Source of the DNA: Candidatus Lustribacter sp.
Lineage (GTDB): Bacteria > Vulcanimicrobiota > Vulcanimicrobiia > Vulcanimicrobiales > Vulcanimicrobiaceae
Assembly (NCBI GenBank): GCA_965277805.1
Contig: OZ255842.1
Coordinates: forward strand, 1,728,001 to 1,792,000
Direction: 5' to 3'
DNA: 64,000 nucleotides
A program made the translations under genes and the position numbers. Position 1 is the first letter of the stretch. Every line of letters starts with the position of its first letter. The notes under the pieces are model-generated. The model made no database searches, had not been told where the DNA came from, and saw only the letters and a program-made list of their open reading frames with translations. This document shows positions 35,007 to 43,777 of this stretch, in pieces.

Positions 35007-35428
35007 TGATCCTCAGCACCGACGCGGCGATCAAAGAACTGCTCGAACGCTCGAAGACGGTGGCGGTCGTCGGCGCGTCGGCAAACGCAGCGCGGCCGAG
35101 CAACGACGTCTTCCGGCAAATCGTGCGCGGCGGCCGCTATGCGGCGGCGCCGATCAATCCGGCGATCGCGGAAATCGACGGGATCGCCGCCTTCCCCGAT
35201 CTCGCGGCGTACGCGGCCAAAAACGGCGGACCCGACATCGTCGACGTGTTCCGCAATCCGGACGACGCGCCGGAAGTGACGCGCGAGGCCATCGCAGCCG
35301 GTGCGAAATCGATCTGGTTCCAACTCGGCGTCGTCAACAACGATGCGATCGCAGCCGCCGATGCGGCCGGCCTCGACGTCGTAGCCGATCGCTGCCTCAA
35401 GATCGAGATCGCCCGCCTCCTGCGGTGA
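35006..35428 (+). CDS. CoA-binding protein (YccU-like)
   Basis: TVAVVGAS..RPS, DIVDVFR, IWFQLG, VVADRCLKIE. Confidence 0.92.
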   Translation: MILSTDAAIKELLERSKTVAVVGASANAARPSNDVFRQIVRGGRYAAAPINPAIAEIDGIAAFPDLAAYAAKNGGPDIVDVFRNPDDAPEVTREAIAAGAKSIWFQLGVVNNDAIAAADAAGLDVVADRCLKIEIARLLR

Positions 35429-36516
35429 GCGACGACTACCGCGCGCAGGCCGATGCGCTCGACGCGCGCATCCGGAACGCGATCGCGGCGTATGCACTCG
35501 ACGATGCCGCTTTCGACGCGCTGGCATGTGAGGTGTTCGCGCATCAGTTCCGCTGGAACGCACCGTACGCCGCCTACGCGCGCAGCCTCGGCATCACAGA
35601 ACGTTCGCTGCCGCGCACGATCGCGGCGATTCCGGCCGTTCCCGCGGCGGCATTCAAAGACGCCGCGTTCTCCACGGTCGCTCCCGAACGCGCCGCGCTG
35701 TGGTTCGAAACGAGCGGTACCACGCAAGCCCGCAGCGGCCGCCACTACTTGGAAACGCCGGCGCTGTACGAAGCCGCGCTCTTGGGCGGCTTCGATCGCG
35801 CGATGCTTGCCGACGGCGCGCAGCTGCGGTATGTCATGCTCGTGCCCGATCCGCGCGAACGCCCGCACTCATCGCTCGGCTACATGATGGCCACGGTTGC
35901 GCGCGAGCGCGGCGACGGCCGCGAGGGCTGGTACTTGCACGGCGACGCGCTCGACGTCGTGGGCTTGTGCCGCGACATCGAACGCGCCGATGCCGACGGC
36001 GCCCCGGTCTGCATCGCAACGACGGCCTTCGCGCTGCTCGCGCTGCTCGATGAACTCGATTCGTCCGGACGCACGTTGCCGTTGCCCACGGGCTCGCGCG
36101 TGATGGAGACGGGCGGCTTCAAGGGCCGCACGCGCGTCGTCGGGCGCGAAGAACTCTACGCGCGCGCCGCCGCGGCTTTCGCGATCGGCGTGCCGTCGAT
36201 CGTGGCCGAGTACGGCATGACCGAACTCTCGAGCCAGTACTACGACTCGCCGGGCTCACGCTGGTCGGCGCGGCGCATCAAGCAGCCCGTGCCGTGGCTG
36301 CGTCCGTTGATCGTCGATGTGATGGGGAAACCATTGCCGGACGGCATCGTCGGCGCGATCCGGCACATCGATTGCGCCAATCGCTCGTCGGTCGTCGCGA
36401 TCGACACCGAAGATCTCGGCGTCATCGCGCCCGAGGGATTGTTGCTGCTCGGACGTGAGGAAGGCGCCGCGCTGCGCGGCTGCTCGCTGGATGCCGAAGA
36501 CCTCCTGCGCCGATAG
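35425..36516 (+). CDS. LuxE-like acyl-protein synthetase
   Basis: IPAVPAAAFK, FETSGTT, METGGFKGR, EYGMTELSSQ, TEDLG, C-terminal LLGR...RGCS (candidate acyl-accepting Cys). Confidence 0.85.
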   Translation: MSDDYRAQADALDARIRNAIAAYALDDAAFDALACEVFAHQFRWNAPYAAYARSLGITERSLPRTIAAIPAVPAAAFKDAAFSTVAPERAALWFETSGTTQARSGRHYLETPALYEAALLGGFDRAMLADGAQLRYVMLVPDPRERPHSSLGYMMATVARERGDGREGWYLHGDALDVVGLCRDIERADADGAPVCIATTAFALLALLDELDSSGRTLPLPTGSRVMETGGFKGRTRVVGREELYARAAAAFAIGVPSIVAEYGMTELSSQYYDSPGSRWSARRIKQPVPWLRPLIVDVMGKPLPDGIVGAIRHIDCANRSSVVAIDTEDLGVIAPEGLLLLGREEGAALRGCSLDAEDLLRR

Positions 36517-37735
36517 CACCGGACTGCGCGCATTGCCGGCACGCGCGATCGTGCGCGCGATCGCGGATGCCGCCGAACGCTGGACCGATGCCGATTTTCC
36601 GCCGCGCGTGCGCGCGACCGCGGCGATTGAAGCGCGCCTCGGCTACACGACACCGGTCGTCGACTACGCGCTCGATCATCTTTTCGATGCGATCACGCCC
36701 GATGCCATCGTCGCCGCGATCGCGGGCGAGCTTGGCGCGCTCGACGCGCTCGACGGCTTTGCGGCAACGCCCGGGCGTCCGGCGGCGTGGGCGCGCGGTG
36801 CGGACGCGGTCACGATCGTATCGAGCGACACGACGATCGGCGTGGCGATCGCGCCGCTGGTCTTCGCGCTCTGCGCAAAGTGCGCGGTGACGGTGAAAGA
36901 TCGCGCCGACGCGCTGGTGGCGGCGTTCGTCGAAACGCTCGGCGAAGAGCGGCCGGAACTGCGCGCCGCAACCGACGTGCGCGCGTGGAGCGGCGGTGAT
37001 GAAGACATCGAAGCGCAGACGCTCGGCGCAGCCGACGTCGTGGTGGCATTCGGCGGACCCGATGCGCTGCGCGCCATCCGCGCACGCTGCGCGCCGGACG
37101 CGACCTTCGTGCCGTTCGGGCATCGCGCGAGCGCCGGTTACGTCACCGCCGCCGCACTCGCCGGCGACACCACCACGCTCGCGGCGGCCATCGCGCGCGA
37201 CGCGCTGCTCTACGACGGGGACGGCTGTCTGTCGCTGCATCTGCTCTTTGTCGAGCGCGCGCCGGACGGGGCTCACGAGCGCTTCGTCGATGCGCTGGCC
37301 GAAGCGTGCGCCGAAAACGCGATCGAGTTTCCGGCCGGACCGCGCAAGCCGGCGCGGGCGGCACGTGTCGGCGCGTACGCGGCGACGGCGGCCGTGCGCG
37401 CGGCCAACGGAGCGGGACGCGTGTTGCGCGCACCCGACGGCGCGTGGACGATCGTTGCCGATCCGCCCGCCGGCGAGCTGCCGCCGTTCGGCGGCGGCGT
37501 GATTCCGGTCGTGTTCGTCGACGGCATCGGCGCTGCGGCGGAGTACGTGCAACGGCATGCGCTGCCGCTGCAAGCGTTGGGCGTCGCGACGACCGAAGGC
37601 GCGCGCGAACTCGCCGAGGCGCTTGGGGCCGTGCGCGTTACCCCGTTCGGCCAGATGCAGAATCCGCCGCTCGCCGGCCATCACGGCGGCCGCGCGCGCA
37701 TTGCCGATTTCATCTGCTGGACCGATCGCGCGTGA
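36491..37735 (+). CDS. LuxC-like acyl-CoA/acyl-protein reductase
   Basis: ALDH-fold features: VVVAFGG, PFGHRAS, ARDALLYDGDGCLS (candidate catalytic Cys), GQMQNPPL..HHGG; follows the LuxE-like gene. Confidence 0.82.
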   Translation: MPKTSCADSTGLRALPARAIVRAIADAAERWTDADFPPRVRATAAIEARLGYTTPVVDYALDHLFDAITPDAIVAAIAGELGALDALDGFAATPGRPAAWARGADAVTIVSSDTTIGVAIAPLVFALCAKCAVTVKDRADALVAAFVETLGEERPELRAATDVRAWSGGDEDIEAQTLGAADVVVAFGGPDALRAIRARCAPDATFVPFGHRASAGYVTAAALAGDTTTLAAAIARDALLYDGDGCLSLHLLFVERAPDGAHERFVDALAEACAENAIEFPAGPRKPARAARVGAYAATAAVRAANGAGRVLRAPDGAWTIVADPPAGELPPFGGGVIPVVFVDGIGAAAEYVQRHALPLQALGVATTEGARELAEALGAVRVTPFGQMQNPPLAGHHGGRARIADFICWTDRA

Positions 37736-39027
37736 CCGGCGAACGTTTCGAGCACATCGCCGGGCCGGTTCCCGGGCCGCGTTCGCGCGAGCTCAACGCG
37801 CTCGTCGCACAGTACGAAGCGCGCGGCGTCACCTATCTCGCCGACGACTACCCGATCGCCTGGGCGTCGGCACGCGGTGCGCTCGTCACCGATGCGGACG
37901 GCAATCGCTATCTCGACTTGACCGGAGCCTTCAGCGTGGCCGCGCTCGGTCACACGCATCCGGCCGTGACGCACGCGGTTACCGCGCAAGCGCACCAGCT
38001 CGTGCACGGCATGGGCGACGTCCATCCGACCGACGTCAAGGCGAAGCTGCTCGCGCGCCTCGCGGCCATTGCGCCGGGCGATTGTTCGAAAAGCTATTTC
38101 GGCTCGAACGGCGCCGACGCGATAGAATTTGCGCTGAAGACCGCGTTGCTCGCGACCGGACGTCCGCGCGTGCTCTCCTACCAGGGCGCGTATCACGGCC
38201 TGTCGCTCGGCGCGCTGCCGGTCAGCGGCATCGACCGCTTCCGTGAACCGTTTGCCGCGCTGATCGACGAGCGCGCAACGTTCATCCCGTTCCCCGGCGC
38301 CGGCGACTCCCTCGACGGCGCGCTGGCTGCCGCACGCCATGCGCTCGAGAGCGATGAACGCATCGGCGCGGTGGTGCTCGAACCGATTCAGGGCCGCGGC
38401 GGCGTGATCGTTCCGCCCGACGGCTTCTTGCCCGGCATCCGCGCGCTCTGCGATGAGTTCCGGTGCGTGATGATCCTCGATGAGATCTACACCGGTTACG
38501 GCCGCACCGGCACGATGTTTGCCTGCGAGCGCGAAGCAGTGGTTCCCGATATCCTGTGCATCGGCAAGGCGATCGCCGGCGGCGTACCGTTTTCGGCCGC
38601 CATCGGCCGCCCGGCGGTGATGGATGCCTGGCCGCGCAGCGAAGGCGAAGCGCTGCACACCGCCACGTTCCTCGGCAACCCGCTCGCCTGTGCCGCGGCG
38701 CTGGCGGTGCTCGATGCCTTCGAACGCGATGGGATCGTCGCCGGCGTTGCTCGCCGCGCGCCGCGGGTGCGCGAACTGCTCGCGCCGCTCGGGCGACATG
38801 CAACCGTTACCGGCGTGCGCGGCATCGGAATGCTCTGGGCCATCGAGTTCACGGACGCCGGCGTCGCGAATCGCGTCGTACGGGCCGGACTGCAGCGTGG
38901 GTTGATCCTGCTGCAGTCCGGCGTCGACGGAACGTCGATCACGCTGGCCCCGCCCCTGAACATCGCAGACGATCAATTCGAGCGCGCAATAGCGCTGCTC
39001 GACCGCACTATCGAGGAGACATCATGA
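37732..39027 (+). CDS. Class III PLP-dependent aminotransferase
   Basis: DADGNRYLD, AYHG, EPIQGRGG, DEIYTGYGRTG, GKAIAGG (PLP Lys), ATFLGNP; GTGA overlap. Confidence 0.92.
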   Translation: MTGERFEHIAGPVPGPRSRELNALVAQYEARGVTYLADDYPIAWASARGALVTDADGNRYLDLTGAFSVAALGHTHPAVTHAVTAQAHQLVHGMGDVHPTDVKAKLLARLAAIAPGDCSKSYFGSNGADAIEFALKTALLATGRPRVLSYQGAYHGLSLGALPVSGIDRFREPFAALIDERATFIPFPGAGDSLDGALAAARHALESDERIGAVVLEPIQGRGGVIVPPDGFLPGIRALCDEFRCVMILDEIYTGYGRTGTMFACEREAVVPDILCIGKAIAGGVPFSAAIGRPAVMDAWPRSEGEALHTATFLGNPLACAAALAVLDAFERDGIVAGVARRAPRVRELLAPLGRHATVTGVRGIGMLWAIEFTDAGVANRVVRAGLQRGLILLQSGVDGTSITLAPPLNIADDQFERAIALLDRTIEETS

Positions 39028-40064
39028 CACCCTATCGCGTCGGTATCGTCGGCAGCGGCTTCGGCGGCCGCGTGCACGCCCCGGGATTCTCGCTGCACCC
39101 GCAATTCGACCCGGTCGCGATCGCGTCACCGAACAACGCGCAAAAGGTCGCGACCGAACGCAAGATACCGCACGCGTTCCCGTCACTCGATGCGATGCTC
39201 GACAAAATGGGCGCGGAGATCGACGTCATCTCGATCGCCTCGCCGCCGTTCGAACACCACAAAGCCGTGATGACCGCGATCGCCGCGGGCAAGCACGTGC
39301 TCTGCGAAAAGCCGGTCAGCACGCGCTTGGCCGAGGCCGAAGAGATGACGGACGCGGCGGCCAAGGCCGGCATCGCCAACGCGATCACGTTCGAGTACCG
39401 CTACAACCCGGCGCTGCAAGCGCTCAAAGAACTGATCGTCAACGATCATATGCCGAAGCTGCGGCTGATCGAAGTGACGCGCTTCGGGCGCGACATGAAG
39501 GCCGACAACGCGCGGCCGCCGTCGTCGTGGTGGTACGACAAGAGCAAAGGCGGCGGTCTCGGCAACGCCTTCATGCCGCATATCGTCGACCTCGCTCTGT
39601 GGCTTGCCGGGAGCGGTGCCAAATCGACGGCCGGATTCATGCGGACGGCCAATCCCGTGCGCACCGCGCCCGACGGCAGCACCTATCCGAGCAACGTCGC
39701 CGACGGCTGCTACGCGCTCTCCGACTTGGGCAACGGCATCGTGGCGCAGATGAAAGTCGACGGCACGATGTCGATGGACCAATCGACCGTCGCCGTCCAC
39801 TCCGAAGCACGAACGGCCGTGGCGAGCGGTCCCGCGTTGACCGATTTCACGCTCTACATCGTCGACGGCGACGATTCGAGCGAGTACGAACTCAAGCCGA
39901 TGAAATACGCGAAGTACGCGAACATCTTCTATAGCATCCCGCACTTCATGGCGCTGCTCGACGATTTCGCCGAACGCATCGCGACCGGCGGGGGCAACTG
40001 TCCGGACTTCGCCGACGGCCTCGCCGCGCAACGCGTCCTCCACGCCATCGGCTACGAAGCCTAA
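39024..40064 (+). CDS. Gfo/Idh/MocA-family oxidoreductase
   Basis: VGIVGSGFGG, GKHVLCEKP, GGGLG; GAGGAG RBS and ATGA overlap. Confidence 0.9.
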   Translation: MTPYRVGIVGSGFGGRVHAPGFSLHPQFDPVAIASPNNAQKVATERKIPHAFPSLDAMLDKMGAEIDVISIASPPFEHHKAVMTAIAAGKHVLCEKPVSTRLAEAEEMTDAAAKAGIANAITFEYRYNPALQALKELIVNDHMPKLRLIEVTRFGRDMKADNARPPSSWWYDKSKGGGLGNAFMPHIVDLALWLAGSGAKSTAGFMRTANPVRTAPDGSTYPSNVADGCYALSDLGNGIVAQMKVDGTMSMDQSTVAVHSEARTAVASGPALTDFTLYIVDGDDSSEYELKPMKYAKYANIFYSIPHFMALLDDFAERIATGGGNCPDFADGLAAQRVLHAIGYEA

Positions 40065-40069
40065 CGCCG

Positions 40070-40888
40070 GTGGCAGCGGGGCCCGAGAGCAGCGCGGAAC
40101 GCGTCGCCTTGTGGCGCGCGCTGCACGTGCAAATCGACGCGTCGCCGCACGTGATCGACGATGAGGTCGGGCTGCGTCTGATCGATCCGCCGGCCGGCTG
40201 GCAGCAACGTCCTGATATGGACCCCGAAGGCACCCGCACCTTCCGCACCTCGATCGTCGCCCGCGCGCGCTTCATCGAAGACCTCGTCGTTGCGGAACGG
40301 GCGAAGGGCGTCGACCAGTACGTGATCCTCGGCGCGGGCCTCGACACGTTCGTCCAGCGCTGCCCCGAGGTCGCTTCCGCGATGCACGTCTACGAAGTCG
40401 ATCAGCCCGACCCGCAGACGTGGAAACAACAACGGCTGATCGAACTCGGTTACGGCATCCCCGGTCGGCTGCACTTCGTCCCGGTCAACTTTGAACAAGA
40501 CCAATGGTGGGAACGCCTCGCGCAAGCGGGCTTCGACGCGAGACGCCCCGCAGTCGTAGCCGCAACCGGCCTCAGCCTCTATCTCACCAAAGAAGCAAAC
40601 TTGGATTTGCTGCGACGAATCGCAACATTCGCACCAGGCTCAACGCTCGCGTTCACGTTCATCCTGCCGGCCGAAGTTCCGGATGATGTCAAGAAAGCAG
40701 CGCGCGCGTCCGGAACCCCGTTCCTCAGCGCCTTCACCCCATCCGAAATGCTCGACCTCGGCCGCGAAGCCGGTTTCCGCGACGTCCAGTGCGTCCTCGG
40801 CGACGACCTCGCCGAACGCTACTTCACCAACCGCACCGACAACCTGCGCCCCTCAAACGGCGAAGCCTTCCTCATCGCCAACACCTGA
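40070..40888 (+). CDS. Class I SAM-dependent methyltransferase (LCM/O-methyltransferase-like)
   Basis: ALWRALH, ARARFIED, QYVILGAGLDT, YEVDQP, GLSLYLT. Confidence 0.9.
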   Translation: MAAGPESSAERVALWRALHVQIDASPHVIDDEVGLRLIDPPAGWQQRPDMDPEGTRTFRTSIVARARFIEDLVVAERAKGVDQYVILGAGLDTFVQRCPEVASAMHVYEVDQPDPQTWKQQRLIELGYGIPGRLHFVPVNFEQDQWWERLAQAGFDARRPAVVAATGLSLYLTKEANLDLLRRIATFAPGSTLAFTFILPAEVPDDVKKAARASGTPFLSAFTPSEMLDLGREAGFRDVQCVLGDDLAERYFTNRTDNLRPSNGEAFLIANT

Positions 40889-40889
40889 C

Positions 40890-41049
40890 GTCATCCCGAG
40901 CAACGTGCCGACGGCACGTCGTCGAGGGGCCGCCACGATCTCCACTATCGAGTGCGAGCCCGAAGGCGTGAGCAGTGCGGTCGCACGCGAATACGAAGAT
41001 GCTCTCCGATTCCTCGCCTGCGTGCCTTCGGCACTTCGCTCGGAATGAC
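40890..41049. repeat. 160-bp REP/MITE-like palindromic element
   Basis: Terminal inverted repeats GTCATCCCGAGC ... GCTCGGAATGAC (11/12); internal hairpins GTGCCgacGGCAC and GTGCCttcGGCAC; lies between convergent genes. Confidence 0.8.
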
Positions 41050-41082
41050 AAAGCGCAACACACCATAACGGCCGAGTCTGTA

Positions 41083-42348
41083 TCAGCTCTTGGCGGGGAT
41101 AGGGTGTTCCAGGCGGCGCCAAATGAGGCTTAGGGCGGTCATGGTGGCGCGCGTTAGGACGTCGTTGCGGTTGCCGGGGAACGTGCCGCGGTGGGTGGTT
41201 ACTTCGTTTGCGTCGTCGATGAGGGCGAACCAGACGAGGCCGATGGGTTTTTCTGCGCTGCCGCCGTCGGGGCCGGCGATGCCGGTTGTGGCCAATGCGA
41301 AGTCGACGTTTAGGGCTTTCTTCGTGCCGCGGGCCATCTCGATTGCGGTCTCTTCGCTGACGGCGCCGTGTTGCGCCAGCGTTTCGGGGCGTACGCCGAG
41401 CAGCGATTGCTTCACCGTGTTGTCGTAAGCGACGATGCCGCCGTAAAAGGCGCGCGAGGCGCCGGCTGTTTCCACGATGCTCTCCGCCACGCCGCCGCCG
41501 GTGACGGATTCTGCGACGCCGATCGTCTTGCCGCGGCGTACGAGTTCGTTGACGATTGCGCCACCGGGCGTGATGGCATCGTCGCCGTAGTACCCGGCGC
41601 CGATTCGCTCGCGCAGTTGCTGCGCGACCGGCGCGATCATCGCATCGGCGGCGGCTTGGCTCTCGGCTTTGGCCATCACTTTGACGTCGACGCGGCCACC
41701 GTGCGCGAGCATCGCGATCTTCGGGTTCTCGAGGGACCGGAACAGATCTTCGACCCGGCGGTCGAGCTCGGATTCGCCGATCCCGATCGTGTGCAAGGTC
41801 TTCGTGTAGATCGCGCTCTTGAGCCCGAAGCGTTCGACGAGCCACGGAATCACTTGGTCGGCGAGCATGGGCTTCATTTCGCGCGGCACGCCCGGCATGC
41901 AGGCGACGAACTTCCCGTCCGGCCGCAGCGCGATGAAGCCCGGCGCCGTACCGTTCGGGTTCGGCATCACGTGCGCGCGCGAGGGCAGAATCGCTTGGCG
42001 GCGATTGTTGTCGGTCATCGGGCGGTTGAGGCTGCGGAATCGCTCTTCGAGCGCGCGCAGCGACGGCTCGTGCGGCTCGAGCTTGTCGTGCACGGCCTTC
42101 GCGACGGCATCTTTGGTGAGATCGTCGACGGTCGGTCCGAGCCCGCCGGTCGTGATCACGCCGTCGGCGCGATCCAGCGCATCGGCGAGCATGATCGCCA
42201 GCCGTTCGGTATTATCGCCGACCGAATGCTTTGCGTACACGTCCACGCCGTGATCGGCCAGCATCTGCGCGATGTAGACGGAGTTCGTGTCGACAAGATG
42301 TCCAAGCAGAATCTCGGTGCCGATCGTGACGATTTCGACCGATGCCAC
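41083..42348 (-). CDS. cinA: CinA (MoeA-like domain plus PncC NMN deamidase)
   Basis: IGTEILLG..DTN, TGGLGPTVDDLT, GTAPG, PGVPREM; AESVTGG, GAVSEE, TTGIAGPDGG. Confidence 0.95.
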   Translation of the reverse strand: MASVEIVTIGTEILLGHLVDTNSVYIAQMLADHGVDVYAKHSVGDNTERLAIMLADALDRADGVITTGGLGPTVDDLTKDAVAKAVHDKLEPHEPSLRALEERFRSLNRPMTDNNRRQAILPSRAHVMPNPNGTAPGFIALRPDGKFVACMPGVPREMKPMLADQVIPWLVERFGLKSAIYTKTLHTIGIGESELDRRVEDLFRSLENPKIAMLAHGGRVDVKVMAKAESQAAADAMIAPVAQQLRERIGAGYYGDDAITPGGAIVNELVRRGKTIGVAESVTGGGVAESIVETAGASRAFYGGIVAYDNTVKQSLLGVRPETLAQHGAVSEETAIEMARGTKKALNVDFALATTGIAGPDGGSAEKPIGLVWFALIDDANEVTTHRGTFPGNRNDVLTRATMTALSLIWRRLEHPIPAKS

Positions 42349-42926
42349 TATGCCGTATCCTCAGCGGCGAACCAAGCTGGATACTTCACTTGCACGGCAA
42401 CCTCAAAGCCGTCCGCCGCCGCCATCATCGTGTCACGCCGGGCCGCGGCGTCATCCGGATGCTCGGCGCGGCTAGCTTTGCGCCGCTCCGCCAGGGCCGC
42501 GAGAAAGCGAGCGAAGCGCGAGTCGAGCGCGTCTTGCAGCGCCGCGCGCAGAATACCGCCGACGCGCGGCGACACCCCGCCCGTCGAGATCGCGATGCGC
42601 GCAGGGCCCGAAGCCACGGTCGCTTGCATCGCGACGAACCCGTATTCCGGCTGATCGATCGTGCACAATAAGAAACGGTGCTTGTCAGCCCAGCCCCGGA
42701 GACGTGCGGAGAATTGTGCGTCCTGCACGGTCGAGAGCACGAAAAACGCATTGGCCAAGCCGGTTTCCGGTATACCCGCAGCGTCGTGAAGCCGAATGAC
42801 ATTGGCGCCCGCTTCGTGCAGCGCGGCAGCTTTCTCGCTCGCTTCTCGATCGTCCGCAGCCCCGATGACGATGCAGCGCCGCCCGGTCAGGTTCAAGCCC
42901 ACCGGAAAGTACGCCGGCGGCAGCAT
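42348..42926 (-). CDS. Precorrin-2 dehydrogenase/SirC-Met8-like protein (short, divergent)
   Basis: YFPVGLNLTGRRCIVIG, TIDQPEYG, IAISTGGVSPR; TGATG start. Confidence 0.7.
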   Translation of the reverse strand: MLPPAYFPVGLNLTGRRCIVIGAADDREASEKAAALHEAGANVIRLHDAAGIPETGLANAFFVLSTVQDAQFSARLRGWADKHRFLLCTIDQPEYGFVAMQATVASGPARIAISTGGVSPRVGGILRAALQDALDSRFARFLAALAERRKASRAEHPDDAAARRDTMMAAADGFEVAVQVKYPAWFAAEDTA

Positions 42927-43777
42927 CAGTAATCGACGGGTCGCAGGTAGAACTCGTTGATCGCCGTTCCCGAGACGAGCGCCGTGGTCGGAAGATGCCG
43001 CTTCCAATGCGTGCTCTCCACGCGCCGCCGCACGAGTTGGATCTCGTGCGGATCGAAGCCGACCGCGGCGATCTGCTCGTCGCGATAGCCGGCCAGAATC
43101 TGCGAGAGGATGCGATCGGCCGTGAGGTACGTGACGCCCATGTCGCCTTCGTCGGTCTGATTCGCTTCGAGGTCGGCACTCGGCGGCTTGTCGATCACTT
43201 CCAGCGGCACGCCCATGTGCCGTGAGAGCGCCCAGACCTGCGTCTTGAACAGATCGCCGATCGGGTTGACCGGCGGTGTATCGTCGGCATGCCAGGTGAA
43301 GTAGCCCATCATGCGTTCCGTCTTGTTCCCGGTGCCGATCGGCAGCGCGCCGAGGCGTGCGGACTGATCGAACAGCACGAGCATGCGCATACGGGCCATC
43401 ACGTTGCCCCGCCGGCGCGGATCGGGATCGTGCGCCGCGCGCAGATAGCCGTCGACCGCATCGGTGATCTCGATCGTATCGCAGTTGATGCCGAGCGCAT
43501 CGACGACGCGCTGTGCGTCATCGAGCGAGTCCTTGCTCGAGGTTTTGTACGGCATGCGGATCGCGTAAACGTTCTCCGGGCCGAGGGCGCGCGCGCACAG
43601 GAACGCTACCAGCGCCGAGTCGATGCCGCCGCTCAAGCCCAGCACGGCCTTCGTGATGCGGCGCCGTTCGATCAACTCGTCGCGCAAAAACGCCGTCAGC
43701 CAGCGCTCAGTGAGCGCGGCGTCGATCTTCAGCGCCGCATCGATGCGATGCAGCGGCGCGTCAACGAGCGGTAACAT
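42926..43777 (-). CDS. nadE: NAD+ synthetase (synthetase subunit)
   Basis: GLSGGIDS, GNVMARMRM, GTGNKTE, PIGDLFKTQV, KPPSADL. Confidence 0.95.
   Translation of the reverse strand: MLPLVDAPLHRIDAALKIDAALTERWLTAFLRDELIERRRITKAVLGLSGGIDSALVAFLCARALGPENVYAIRMPYKTSSKDSLDDAQRVVDALGINCDTIEITDAVDGYLRAAHDPDPRRRGNVMARMRMLVLFDQSARLGALPIGTGNKTERMMGYFTWHADDTPPVNPIGDLFKTQVWALSRHMGVPLEVIDKPPSADLEANQTDEGDMGVTYLTADRILSQILAGYRDEQIAAVGFDPHEIQLVRRRVESTHWKRHLPTTALVSGTAINEFYLRPVDY

Noticed and set aside
35425-37735. Bioluminescence (lux) operon
   Set aside because: No luxA, luxB, luxD or luxG in the window.
40853-41082. Short ORFs across the palindromic element
   Set aside because: Translations of the repeat, with no RBS or protein motif.
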